The notes beneath the pieces were generated by a model, which was not told the origin of the DNA, did not search any database, and was given only the letters and a program-made list of their open reading frames with translations. Positions 1-13,500 of a DNA stretch of 64,000 bases are shown here, in pieces (position 1 is the first letter of the stretch; each line of letters starts with the position of its first letter). Both the position numbers and the translations under genes were made by a program. This DNA comes from Ascidiella aspersa (Eukaryota), in the NCBI GenBank assembly GCA_963924565.1, contig OZ004614.1, positions 10,664,001 to 10,728,000 of the forward strand, read 5' to 3'.

Positions 1-2
1 TC

Positions 3-454
3 GTCGAAGACCCGGCCGCCATCATGGAGTCGCTGCTCTTGGAAGAGAAAGGCGCCGACGACGATAGCGGTGGTATTGGTGCGGCGGGAGCGATGCCAGC
101 GCACGGCGGTAGGGTTTACTCGCTAGCAGACATGTTCAATCAAGACGACTTCATCGAGGAGGACCTGCTGCGTCAGCATCAGCACCACGGCAACCGGTGG
201 AATGGCAAGGCACGCTCTAGAGCTGCTCAGAACAAGGCGGCCAAACTCCAGCAACAGCAACAGCAGCAGCAGCTTCATCAACAACAGCTCCAACAACAAC
301 AACAACAACAACAACAACAGCAGCAACAGCAGCAACAGCAACAGCCCTTCCAGCAGTACATGAACAGCATGGAGTCGCAGAAGCTCGCCCTTCAAATGAT
401 CACCAACCAGCAACAGGCTTTCAGCACAGCCAACACCATAACCACCAGTAGCAC

Positions 455-485
<31 letters not shown>

Positions 486-1160
486 ATGATCGCGCAGCAG
501 CAGGAGATTCTGGCCAAGGCGCTGTCGGGCCAGATGCAGGGCTGCTTGCCCACTCTGCTGCAAAGCATCTACGCAAAGAGCCAGGCCGCGCAAAGTCGCG
601 CCGCCGAGGACGCGGAGGCTGTGGTCCCGGTCGCAAAGTCCCCTGTACAGTCTCCCCCCGCTACAGTCGCTACAAACCATTCCACCCACAGCGAGTTTGA
701 GCACGCCAACTTGGCCGCCAAGTTGGAGCCGGCGAGTGGCGACGAGCCTATGGCCGAACACAACTGGAATCAAAACAACGCCAAGCGCAGTCGACGCAAG
801 GGAGTGCAGCCGATGCGACGCTACTCGTCCAACGACTCCGGCGTCAAACCGGAGGCAAGCCCGCGCGCTACCAGCGTCGTTGACAGCGGCATCGTCGGTT
901 CCTTGTCTCCGCGCTCGCCCACCCGGTCCTTTTGCTCCAGTGAGCCCGACGTCGGCCCCGTCGGCGGCCTCGCGATCGACCAGTCGTCGCCCGTGCGCTC
1001 GCAGTCGTCCGACGTCTCGGCCGTCGACACGCTCTCGTCGTCGCCGCGTGACGACAGTGATGACGTCATCGTGTCGCCCAATAGCTTCGCCCCGCCGTCG
1101 TTTGTGCTTTTCGGCGCCGCGGCCGCCGCCCGACCGATGGAGACCGGCAAGACCATGTGA
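3..1160 (+). CDS. 3' terminal exon (5'-truncated by window edge) of a polyQ/Ser-Pro-rich, probably nuclear protein
   Basis: Frame is open from position 3 (VEDPAAIMESLL...) to TGA 1158-1160. GC-rich coding-like composition drops sharply after the stop. Basic NLS-like KRSRRK. No recognisable globular domain in the window. Confidence 0.8.
249..485 (+). repeat. CAG/CAA trinucleotide tracts encoding polyQ (Q8-LH-Q3-L-Q18, then Q10)
   Basis: Direct reading; includes pure (CAA)9 at 291-317. Confidence 0.95.
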
Positions 1161-1878
1161 AGAGCTAAACTCTCGGATAACGATTTGAAGATAAGTGAGG
1201 TTTTTACAGAAGAAGAATATTTTATGGATTCGTCTCGGATGGTTCCTGGATGCATCGTACGTCATATGCGTTACGTCATAGACACGCCCTTTTGCTTGTC
1301 ATTGTGCCGCTCAGATGTGCTTCTGTATTTTGAGGCTCCCGAGCATTGACCTTATATCTCTTAACCTTATTGGTCAGCAATTATTTGCTGTTCTCACAAG
1401 AGATATTACACACTATATATTTTTGTTTTTAGCACTCGCTTTATTTAAACCGCATGCCAACGCATTCAAGGCCTGTACATCGCCGGGCGCCTGTTATATA
1501 TATATATATATTGCCAAAGATTTCGCTGTTATCTCTACACTACTATGCCTGTTTATTTTATTTTTTTTTTGTATAACATCACGAACTATTTATCTCAGGG
1601 AACTCACGCTTTTCAGGGATGGCACAAAAACTACAAAGTGGCCAGAAGAACATGCGGTCTGGCCACGCGTCTTGAGTATTGACGGTGTCTGAAAAAGTTA
1701 AACGATATCATAAAATTAAACGTTTCTGTCTGCCGGTTTCACTAAAAATAGACCTTTGTTTGGCTTCCGCTTGAAAGATTCTGTCGTGGAACTCGCAAGC
1801 TTAGGCGTAAATGACACGTGGAACTGTAAGGTTTTCTACGCAACACTCACACGTATATACACAAGTAGGCGAATCACG

Positions 1879-1898
1879 CCCCCCCCCCCCCCCCCCCC
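1879..1898. repeat. C20 homopolymer (G20 on minus strand)
   Basis: 20 consecutive C. Confidence 0.95.
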
Positions 1899-1992
1899 AG
1901 TTAAAGTCGCCGTTGTGCAGCATTGTACATAGACAAGCTGGACGGCCAAAATGCAGAGGGTCCTATGCTGCCGGTCTCGTGCCTGTATAGTG

Positions 1993-2190
1993 CAGTGTTT
2001 CTCAACCTATGGTTCGCGGCCCAAATTGAGTTGTGTCGCCGACTAGAAGTTTACATGGTTACATTTATTGACATTGGTTCTAAGCAATTTTTCTCTACAA
2101 TTTACGAAAATTGCAAAAAAAGCATTTACGAGAGATAGCAAATAATAATTGTATTTTGGTCTCCGCTATAAAGGTTTGAGAAACTCGCTG
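1993..2190. mobile_element. hAT/Charlie-like MITE
   Basis: TIRs CAGTGTTTCTCAACC ... GGTTTGAGAAACTCGCTG; TSD not clean. Confidence 0.6.
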
Positions 2191-4634
2191 TAGTGTTTCC
2201 GCGCCAACACAGGAGATAATCGTATGCTTTAATTCTTCCTCAGCGCCTGATTATTTAAAGACAAGCGCGCCCTACAACTTTTACAAGGGCGCGCGCCAAC
2301 CTTCGTGCATTTACCCATTTTTGCAACTTGCTTATTGGAGAAATAAGACGTTCGCGTCTTTTTATTGAATTAAAAAAAATGATAAAATAATTTTTAACCC
2401 TCTACCAATGTGAAAAAGTTAGCGGTAGACGGTTTTACTCAAACTTATCTAATTAAGGGCGCCGTTTTCTCTCATTGTTGTTCCCCAGCTTGACAACGAG
2501 CTAGTTTTCATAGAGTTTCAGGTCTTTTCATTGGATTAGACCGCTGTATTGCGCCGCTTCGTGTCTGGCACGTGTTAAGTTCAATGTCTTCGCTATCTAC
2601 AGTTTCAAAAGAGCTTTTATCCTCAACTTTTTGCGCTTCGTATGCGTTTATAATGCAATAATCCGACGTCGATTTTTTTACTTCGACCCTTTTTGAACGC
2701 TTGGGTTGGGGTTGTCACTAAAATTTCACTATTTAATGAACAACATTTAATTAGAACCGTCGTTTAAACCTAATTCGAATTTAATGGTTAATACTTGCCA
2801 GCAAACGTTTCGTTGAAATAAAACCGACGAAGAACGCCAAATACGAAATAATTCGTAAGGTAGTAATATCCCACTTGTCCTTACTCGCCCGCAACTTTGT
2901 AAATAGTGTCACTTGCGCGGTATATTTCGTCAGCATTGCCATTTGTCGTTCGCAGCGTGTGTTACAACTAACCCCGTCGTGTTGTTTCTGTTTTTTGTAT
3001 CCTTTATTCCCCATTTAGTTTCGATGCGTACCGCCGCCGCCGCTGCGGTATTATCTACAATGCGAACACGCATCGTGAAAAACGTTTAGTTTTTTTTTCG
3101 CTTCTTGTATATCTACTTAGGGACGAACATCAGGGAACCCCGTCGCGATTTTCTAGAACTTATCACTTCTCTTTGTAGCTTTGCCTCCGCCCCGCCTCAG
3201 CCGCTGCTGCTATGCTTTCGTAAATCGACAACCAACCCCCTCTATTTTTTCCGCATTGTGGTTTTGCCATTTCACCCATCTACACATATATGTAGCTATA
3301 GTCCTCGTCTTCAAATCAAACGTTTCTCCCCGGTTTCCGTTTTGCTGCGGTCGCGCGCCCTGTGTAACGCTGTTTTGCCAATACTCCCGTCCAGCTGGCC
3401 TCTTCACGCTTTACGCTTGCTTTTGCTGATATGCTTACTGTCCTACGCGATGCAATACCTCAAAAATATCCTCGCACGTAATCGGGTTTGATGACGTCAG
3501 TTTTAATAGCGAAATTGCGACTGGGTCTGCGATACTTTTGAATACATAATACGGGTAGTTTTAAGGTTTCTGGTGTTCGAAATTGGTATTTTTGTAACAA
3601 AAAGTGCGTCACTTTTTGTGAAATCGTAACCGTGATTGTTGTAGCCCAAGCCTGCGTTTTCGAACAAACGCAACATGAACAATGGAACCCTATACCTCGC
3701 GTAGAAAACAACCGAATCAATGAAAGATCGCAACAAAAACAGCAATATACCTTTATAGGTTTAGTTAATCATGTGTCGTTTTCCCAAACTCAAGATAGCG
3801 TTTACCTCCCGGAAAGGATTTTTCCCTATTGCAGTAATATGAAAAAAGACGTTCGGTTGTGCAGTTGCTCTGCTTCTATATATCTCACTTTTACCTCACG
3901 TAACAATGTAACTGTACATTTTGTTTCTTTGTGTGTACTCGCCTGTGTTTCTTCTGTTGCTGTTGAGCTTTCGCCGTGCGCTATTTAGTTGAAACTCCCC
4001 GATACCTCATGTAGTTTTTTCTTCGTTCGCACCGTTTCCCTCTATTTTACCTTGTGCCATCGTGTTGCTCACAGACAATCTCAAAGAGTTTTTCCGAGAT
4101 AATATAACGTTGAATAACCTACCGCTGGTGCCATTGTACTGATCAGGACAGAGGTTAGACCTAAAATAAAGGTAAAAGATTTAAAGCAGCCGTTAGCCGA
4201 AACGTTGGATAAAATATATTAAGAGCCAGGAGAGCTTATTATGGTATATTATGCTTTGTTGCAACAGCATATGTTTATCAAAAAGGCCTGGTTTTGCTTT
4301 CTACAATAACTGTGTAAAAACAATAAAGGATCTCGAACGAGAGCCTTTCTTGTATAAGCACGAAATTAGGATGCTTTAAAAAAAAATTCTGTATGAATGA
4401 TTCATTTTAAAATAATTATTTATTTAAAAAAAATAAATTTTATTTTAAAAAACTACAAGAAAACATCAACCGTATGTATTGTAGATACAGCTTTCCGTTA
4501 AGTTATGCAATATTTATTTAACGATGTATCAAAATGGTTCCTCCTTTGATGCCCTTAACACGTCCAAACTTGGTTAGACTTACACAAGTAACCCGCTTTT
4601 AATCCCTTTCTACTGCGTGACTGCCACTTTAGAC

Positions 4635-4834
4635 CAGGGTTTTTAACCTTTTTTGTATGTTTTACCCTTTTAACAAAGATGAATATCAAATTTAACCTAA
4701 ACAAAGTGGTGCTCATTTATTAAAAAACGAAAGTAACAAATGACATCAGTTATATTCAGTGTGGCGGCTGCTTAACACCTATCCTTGTATTTACCCCCTG
4801 AAACGAGGAAATTTACCCCCTGTAAGAAAGGCTG
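4635..4834. mobile_element. hAT-like MITE (related copy begins at 30190)
   Basis: CAGGGTTTTTAACC ... TAAGAAAGGCTG; flanks CTTTAGAC/TCTTAGAC. First ~125 nt align with 30190-30320. Confidence 0.65.
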
Positions 4835-6669
4835 TCTTAGACCTAAGTATCCCATCCACTCGCACCCCTTTCCGCTAACTTCAAACCGAAGGCGCAAAAT
4901 AAGCCCTAAAATCGTGTGGTGTAAAAAAACATCCGGTTGGTTTTGGTTGTCCGCAACCTTCTTACTCTACCAGCTGCGGAAACAAGACTTTATCGAAACT
5001 CTTTGACGACGTTTTGTCGCCGCGGAGGTGTGTCGGAAGCGTCGTGTCGCTCAGCCTGCAATTGCGACGCGCGCTACGCGACACTTATTCCGAGATGTCC
5101 AATGATTATACACCGCTCAAAGCCGAATCGCCAGTGGACAAGAATTTAAATTTCCTTTGATCTCGTTACGCAAAACAAACAATCGGTAATTTTTGTGAGC
5201 TATAAAATAATAAGTTTTGCCATTTTATGTTAAATCCCGAGTGGAATAACGGCTCCGCGCACAATGGTAATCTTTTTAGACAAACTTGCCTGATTATTCT
5301 TTGTTTTAGGGGCATTAGGTGACTTGTAAAATATTTTTCAGGTTAGTCACTGGCACAAAATTGCGCAACTGGTGACCCATGTCTATGCTGAAATTATGCC
5401 CTATTGAGTAGCTTACCTGCCTTTTATAGGTCGACACCAAGACTAAATTGTATAGTGATTTTTACCCTATAGTTTTGTATCGCTATCCATCAGAGAAAAC
5501 TCCAGGGGTTTTAAAGGCGTATTTTTTAAAAAGTTGCACAATTAGCCCTGAAATCAATTTATGATCAAGCAGCACAGGAATAACCTCATTTTAAAACAAC
5601 TGTATAATGTTGATACCCTTTTTTGTTGCCTACGGTTTATGAACACCAGTCTATAGTTTTGTGTAGTTTAAAAAAGGACAAAAATGAACCGTAAAAAATC
5701 TTCAAAAGAAACGTCATTCGTGTAAGCTCACGATGTAGTTGTAGTGTGAAACCACGGTTTCAAACGGACACCTGGATGTTAAGACGCTTGTCAGTGGTCT
5801 CGTGTGTGTTTGTGCTTATTTTTTACAACAGCCTGATCAATACTGAACGCAGTCTAAAAGGCCTATGCCATAAAATCACGCCAAACCCAACTGAACTCTG
5901 ACGCACCGTATAAATAAACTGGACAGTCGATCGCGGTGTAGAGTGTCGGAATACCAAGTGTTTTGCTGCAATGAAAATACAGCCAGGCCGCGAATTACCT
6001 TCCAGAGGGCGCGATAGCCGTCGCTTTGTCTCACGAGAAGCCAAACTCGCCCTGCCCCGCGGCCGCGCAATTGCACACCGTCCGCAAGTTAGCTCGCTAC
6101 CGTTGGCTTTAACTTGACACCCGACTCGATTGTGTTGGCAGCAGGCGGGCTCAAATTGCTTGTGATACGGCCGTAATATGCGGTGATCGCCCAAGTTGCG
6201 AGCCGTATCGCGTGTCCACTGATGTGATAGAATCACGTGCTCCCGATGCTTGCCATTGAAACCTTCGGCAAATTTACGACTGTCCTTTTGTTTCTTTACA
6301 TCAGTCGTTCACGACCTTTTAGCTTTCGCGATCCCTTTTAGGTTTTCGATAATAACTTGCGCGACCCCCCAATTATAGGGTATGATGCATAAACTATAAA
6401 AAACACATTTCAAAATTGGGAAAAAATCTAGACGGATTGTATCCAAAATTTGGCTAAAATGTCCGGATTTAAGTATGCACAACAAGCTAAAGTTACGGTT
6501 TGAGGGTCCATTGATTTTTATTAGACATTGTTTGACTGAAACTACGCTTGATTTATTAATTGAAAATTGTAATGGCGACGTCATAAACAAGACTGGTTCA
6601 CTGCAGCAAAGGCCATATAAACACAAATGTTAGACGGGCGGTTGCTTTTGCTTCTTCTATATTGTTAAC

Positions 6670-6747
6670 TTTCAGTTCATATCGCGTATTTCTTATTTTA
6701 GTTCATATCGCCTATTTCTTATTTTAGTTCATATTGCCTATTTCTTA
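6670..6747. repeat. 26-bp tandem repeat x3
   Basis: AGTTCATAT(C/T)GC(G/C)TATTTCTTA starting at 6674, 6700, 6726. Confidence 0.9.
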
Positions 6748-9416
6748 AGTTAACGCGTGTCGCCAGAACAATCTAAGCAACAAACTGAAAATGTTTGATA
6801 ACCACTGCAAACAATTAAAGCACCCTTTTTAAGTCCCTGGGCTTCATGTGACCATGCCTTTCCGGGCTTGATTATAATTAATTTAAACGTTAATAAAGAT
6901 ATAGTTCACGCAGCACTATGGATGGCCACTCTGACTGAAAACATTTATCCCCATTATAGAATAGCGAACAGTCTAATGAAAATTGTGGGTATTTTATCTT
7001 ATAAATTTTTCAAACCTTTTTATATCGACGCACTTTTTTGAATAACCAAAAAATTGTTTTGCTCAACACCATTGTTAGATTACATAAACCTCATATTAGT
7101 CACGTATTTACTTTGAAAAATGGTGGTAAAATTGTTGTTTTATTCTATTAATCTTAACGTCAGATTGTCAATGGACGACTTAGTGTTTTTCATTTTTATA
7201 AACATATTGGGTGATAATAACTCGATGACCTCGTCTGATTTTTAATTGGCCGCCGAGCGGTTTTCGGAGAAACTGTTACGTTTAATGAACCTGGGAAACT
7301 AAGTTACACATGCGAAAGACGTACCGGAAACTATAGTAAGTTGTAAAATTATTAACCTATACACAGCTACAGAAATCATTAAGGCATTGGGGTATATGCA
7401 TTTTTAAATGAAGGCGGAACTGCCATTTCCGTTGGTAAATCAAAACCTGTACAGTCGCTCAATTACCGCCGGAAGCCCTTGGTTGATTAGAGTTTGGGGA
7501 GAAGAGAGACTCTTATTGCACTTTAAAGCAAGCTATGCGCTCATTTGTAAACTCCGGTAACCGATGTTACGTTTAAGTGCCTTTTGCCTTTTAAAGGTTA
7601 ACAACAATCGTTTTGTCGACGGCTTAAAACATTAAAGCAAGAGAAAAAAGTCAAACACACATTGCTGTAAAGCACGGACTTATAAAGACTTTGCAGAGAA
7701 TATATAAGAAATAAATTAAAATTATGTTTTTGTGGTTTTATTATCGCCTATAAAATCTGAAGGTAGCAAAACCGCGCAAGTAAGCGAAATACAATTTTCA
7801 AAAGGTTTCCTCCTACAAATTATAAATGTACTAGTCTCTATTTTAGTTTTATTTTGTCTAAAAATATTTATATTGTTACAGAATGCTGTTTGTGTTTAGA
7901 GGCGCATGTCCTTTAAGCCAGTGTCACATTTTTTAGCCTTTTCCGCGTTTGACCATAGTCTTAAATTTCAAACAACCAAGCCTTTTCAAACGCTGATTGA
8001 AACTGGACGTATAACGCTCACGGCTGAAATAACGAGTGACCTCTGACCGAGGTAATCCCGATTCGTTTACGTTGCGTTTGCGAAATTGCTTGCCCGGAAT
8101 GAGTTAATTAACTGTTGCGTGTTGCCGCTTCGAGAGTGAGAAACTTTGGTATGTGGTGGCTAACAAACAGTATTTTATTTAAATTGCGAACTTCTTATTT
8201 TAGAATTAAATTATCACCGCGCTTACTTCAAAACATTTTCATTCAGGAGACCAAAAGCTTTTTTATTGAAGATTGTGACCTTCTTAGTTCGTTGCATGAA
8301 AGGGAAATATAACGAAAGACAGGCAAAATGTGTTGCTATTATCAAAAAAATTAAATACAACAAAATATATAAGATAGCGGCTCGTGAGAGGTTTATTTGT
8401 CCCTTACTTCACAGCAAAGTTTTTTTGTTTAATTTTTATTAAAAGTATTTGAATGTACACGTCCAGTAAGTATAGTTCTTTGTTAGCCAAATATCGTCTA
8501 AACACCTGTCAATTCCAAATAGAAAAAAGGTTAACAAATCTGTGTTTTTACACGGAGTATAGGTAACAACTGTAGGTGGAAGGGTACCAAGTTTAAAGTG
8601 CCAACTTAAATATCGGTACGATGACTATTCGCTTTTTGCCACCGTCCTGTAAACACTCGCATCTCTATAAGCAGAAATCGTTGAGAACTTAAACGGATCG
8701 GCGAATAAACTCGCCAAGGCTTTCGCCCCGAGCGATTCAATCGGTTATGTCGCTCTACGGATCGCAGTCAACACGAAAACACAGCTCGTCATTCGGGACT
8801 TGACCTCGAAACACAGTTTCTTCTGTTTCTCTTTGCGCATGCGCTGCACACCGTAGCCGCTGCTCTCTGTTTCTACTTGCGTGCGCGCCTCACTCGTGTG
8901 TTTGTGTCCCGATATACAACACTATACGGGCGATTTTTTGCTCCTTCGGTCAACGCTGTAAGTTAGCCCTTGGCTTGGACAACGTACGGCATCGGCCGTT
9001 CTGCCATATTTGCCATCGGACTGTTCCTTTGTTTGGGGTCAGGGGTGGGCAATGGGCGGGGTTCCAATTTGGGTTGGAGTTGCAATTTGTAAGGGAGTTA
9101 GTGATGAACTGGGTTTGTGGTATAATTAAAAAGTTGATATTGTTAAGTGTTTTGGGTATTAGAATAAATAACACGATAAATTTCTTTACTACAGTATAGG
9201 TACAACCTTCAGTTATAATGATTCTAATTATTGTTTGTCATTGTGTATCAGCGCAATTCCACCCTACCATCAAGCGTTTATTCCTGCCAAAATTAGATAT
9301 AATTAAAATGCTTGATCATTAATCGATATATTTAAGCGAAAATGTATAAATATTTTTTAAGCGAAATGTATAAATATACCAATAAATGAGAACGGAGTCT
9401 CCTTAGTAGTGTAAAC

Positions 9417-9798
9417 CAGTGTTTCTTAATCAGGTGAATTGTCCACCCCAGGGTAAAAAAACCTTTTTGCAGGGGTGAATAAGGGTGAACCTTACAAACT
9501 GTTGTTTTTTGGTGTTTTTTGCTTAATGTGAAGTTGGTTTGCATTGAGTGTATAAGTACAAAGATTTTGTGACTGTGTTTTGTGCTTTTGTAGCTTTATA
9601 TCTCTGGACTCGAGAAATTGTAGATTTGCAATGGTACAACTTAGCTTGAGTTGATCTCAATAAAAATAGAAACAACCTAAGTTATTTTGTGCTGTTATAT
9701 ATAGACAAGATAGTTTTATCACATCATGAGACAAGGGTGAATGAAATCTGGAGATAGATGCTAGGGGTGAACAAAACTAAAAAATTTAGGAAGCACTG
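9417..9798. mobile_element. hAT/Charlie-like MITE
   Basis: TIRs CAGTGTTTCTTAA / TTAGGAAGCACTG; 8-bp flanks GTGTAAAC/GTCTATAC. Confidence 0.7.
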
Positions 9799-10455
9799 GT
9801 CTATACCACGATATCCCTGTTGTAATATTCTACCGAGATCCGACTGGCGATATGGCAATTTCGTTCAAACTTAACATCCAAATAATAAGGTTTTATGTTT
9901 TGGCAAATCAGTGCCGTCGGTGCTTTAGGCTATGTAGCACACCTTCTAAAACATTTTTTAAAACACGGATTCGTGAAGAGCGGGATAGCTTTTTTCCGCT
10001 TTCTTTTTAAAAGTTAAATATGTTCATGTAGTGCAAGCCAACTGTCTTAACACAGGGTTAGAAGTGCTGCATTGACAAGACTATAGGGTTTTTCAACATA
10101 GTGAAACATATAAGACAACAAACGGATTATTGAGCAGCCTTCGTTGACGAGTCTTTTTATTTCCCAACTTGCTGCAAAGTCGTCGTTCAGCTTGTGTAAA
10201 AACGCCTTTAACTGACTGCGCAAATTAGAATTCTTAAAATAACAACGCCCCAACCCGGTTTCAGGTGTTTTCCTTGGAACCGGGCTAAATAATTTACAAC
10301 TTCCACTACACGAGTACCGCTGGCAATCATGACATTCAGTTATTCCAGGTTTATATGTATATATATAGATCTAACTATACACAACACCGACATTCGCTTG
10401 ACGAGTGCCCGTTCTCAGAAGCAATTATATTCTCGTAACTGTTTGTTCCACGCAG

Positions 10456-10557
10456 ATACATCAGCTCCGATCCAACGACGTCAGACAACTTTCCAGTTAC
10501 GTCACCTGTCCTAAAGGAGAAAGCGCCGTCGTCTGCCAAAGGCAAAGCCAAAAAGAG
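10456..10557 (+). CDS. gene 2 exon (YISSDPTT...KGKAKK)
   Basis: ccacgcag| ... AG|gtaaac, phase 2->2. Confidence 0.7.
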
Positions 10558-13500
10558 GTAAACGCGCAGTGCAAATGCGTTGTCGCAAATGAAATTGCTT
10601 AATATAGACTAGAATTTTTTTACTTTTATTACATAACACGAATCGATGTGTTTTACAAATGTTTTTTTACTGTTGTAGAAAAAACAGGCGCTTCAGTATG
10701 AAACACAGGAGTGCACTTTAAAGGTCATTTGAGCCTACAGCGATTGAGCCTAAGTCTCTTAACATTACTTTGCGAATTGCATTCGTTTATGTTGCTTTAC
10801 CAAAGTTGTTCCCGAGCTTTTTAGACTTGCGACCTCCTACAGAAACTGAATTGTTTGCGCCCTCCTTACTAAATGGTTTATTGTAACGTCACAAAAAACG
10901 GAATAAAACAGCACTCATAAAGTTTGCCCAAGGTCGAAAAAACCTTAATTTTTTGCACTCTAATCTTGTAAAAATTTGTATCAAGAAGATTTCTAATAGA
11001 GCAAACTTGGAATCAAAAGGACTTTGAAATATTTCCCGGCACCGTTGAGCGAAATGGCACCCATGGTGCTGCGGAACCCTTGTTAGGAACACTGCAAAGT
11101 TATACCATCAATTTAAGAGGACCGTTACATTTGAGGCACTTTTCTTTTACATTTCAATGTGTGCTCTACAGCTATTTCGACACTTTATACCTCAACCAAA
11201 AGTTTTTTTTATTCTCAGCATGTCATCATTCCTCCTAAGCCAGGGTTTCTTAATTAGGGGTACGAGAACTGTTCCTCGGGAGTACAGGGATGCTGAATCA
11301 AACACAGAAAATGTATTACTGTCGTTTATTTCATCGCTCAGTTAAATCTAAAACTAACTCACATTTTGGTATTTGACTGTGTTGTAAGTTACTTGTATAA
11401 AAATATAATTACAATGGTTTTGTTATTTAAGCAATTCTAGAAGGGATGCTAGAATTGTTTGGTGATTTGAAAGGGGTTCAGCAAGGAAAAAGGTTAAGAA
11501 CCACTGCCCTAAGGGGTCTTAAAATGTTCTCAGGCTGGTCGCCGTGTCTTATTGGTTAAACGAATAAATGTAGTAATTTGTGAAAACAAAAAGGATTTAT
11601 ATTAACTAAAAAAATAGCACTTAAAGGAGAAAGAATTAGCGCCAATCTGACAACTGAATTTATGACATTTGATGAAGTAAAACAGCCTCGTTTATTGGCA
11701 TTAGTCTTGTTTTTAATCAATGGCCGAAGCAGAGCTTTATTAGAATGGCCTTGTGTATTACGAAAATGAGACTTTTGGCGACACTCATAGTCGCGTAGGT
11801 TTTCGAAAACTGGGAAGGGCTGGTCTTGAAAAAGATGTTTTTATTTTAAATTAGGAAATTAGAAGTGCGACGCTGCCCTGTAGGCACAATATTGTGTGAA
11901 TGTTTAAAATAAAATGAACACCACAGGCGTTTACAATCGCGTTAAATAGAGCATAATTTCTCAACTTGTTTTTCGTCGTCCGTACGACTTGAAAATTTTG
12001 TGGAAGTCTATTTGTCGTTTTTAAGTCATTCTGGTGCTTTCCGACTAATTTGGGCGAAAATACACACTTTCATAAATAAGGGCATAAGTTTTATGGTATT
12101 GCTGCAAATATTATTAAAATATTCTTCCAATATCTTAACTTTGCGTTTTGAAACCTTATTGATTGAGGATAGCATAATCACATATTGTTATGTTTCTGAA
12201 TCCTAAAGGACAAAAAAACTCATGCATTATTCCGAAAAGTGCTGTCTGTCAAAAACCACTCGGCAACCGTCGGGTCAGCATTTCAAATGATGCTGCTTGA
12301 CCCGCTTCTGTGACGTAATAATTGCCCTCGTTTAACTTGTTGTTTTTGTCAGACGAAAGGCCTCATCCAGCAGCGAGAGTGATAGCGTCGCCAATAGCAG
12401 TGACGCATCCAGCGATTATGACGTCACAATGCGAAGTCCCGCCAAAAAAATTGAGCTTCCGAGTAGGAAGTCGAAACGGGTAAGATGGAGCTTGCAGATA
12501 TAAAACACTTTCTATTGGAAAATATCTGACATTTCTGTTTGCAATTTGTTAAATCTGTTAAGTAATATAAAACTTTTGCTTAAAATTTGAAAAAAATACC
12601 AAAAACAAAACATACACTTGTATTTGAAGAACTGGAACCAATGTTTTAGGAGGTACAAACTTCAATCAGGTCAACTGTTTTAGATGCGTTTTTTCGTAGA
12701 CTCAATTTTAAAAGTAATAATATGCGTGGTTCGATTAATCACCACACCAGTTCAACCCTAACTATAATCTTACCGTGATATTGACGTAAATTACGTGTCT
12801 ACTACAGGAATTTCCCCTTAAAATCGGTATTTGTTTTGACCTGAGCGAGCGAATAGCCACTCAGTGGTTATACGTGAATTGATTTGCCCAATTAAACCTG
12901 TGTCCGAAACTCCGGATTATGTTTTGCCAGTTGCGAGATTAAAACGGTCGCCGACCCGTAACAAAGGTGCACTTGTCGCTAATTTGACCTGGTTCAGCTA
13001 TTCGCAGAATTTTCTTTGTTTGGTCGGCTCGCCCTTTGATCTTGAGTCGTTTCTTTGAGTGCCAAGGACTTAATTTTGGAGTGCTCCATTTGCTATTTTG
13101 GCGACTTCGCCATCATGCGTTGTCTTTTTGTATTTTAGCAACCAACTGGCCCGAAAATCACACTCACACTTTCAAAGTCAACCGCTATTAAAACAGTTTT
13201 TCTTTGCGATTACAATCCGCATATTTTTAATGAAATGTTTTTTTCACGCATTTTTATGCTAAAAATGCGCATATGGCATCACCTACTTTATTTCACAACA
13301 TAAATAGAATGGTAAATGACAGCTTGAGAAGCACACTGTTTCGAACAAAAAATAGTCATGAAGGTTTTAAACTTTTAATCTATAGGTATAAAAATAAATG
13401 GCATCATCAGTTTATGTAAATAGTAAAAATTAAATACTAAAGGAACTTTTATCGCCGGTTTTATGTGTTCTGTTGTAGGGCAAGATTCTGTTATGGAAAC

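Noticed and set aside
123-1265. 380-aa minus-strand ORF and other overlapping ORFs
   Set aside because: Antisense or frame shadows of the GC-rich polyQ exon (poly-Leu mirrors CAG/CAA).
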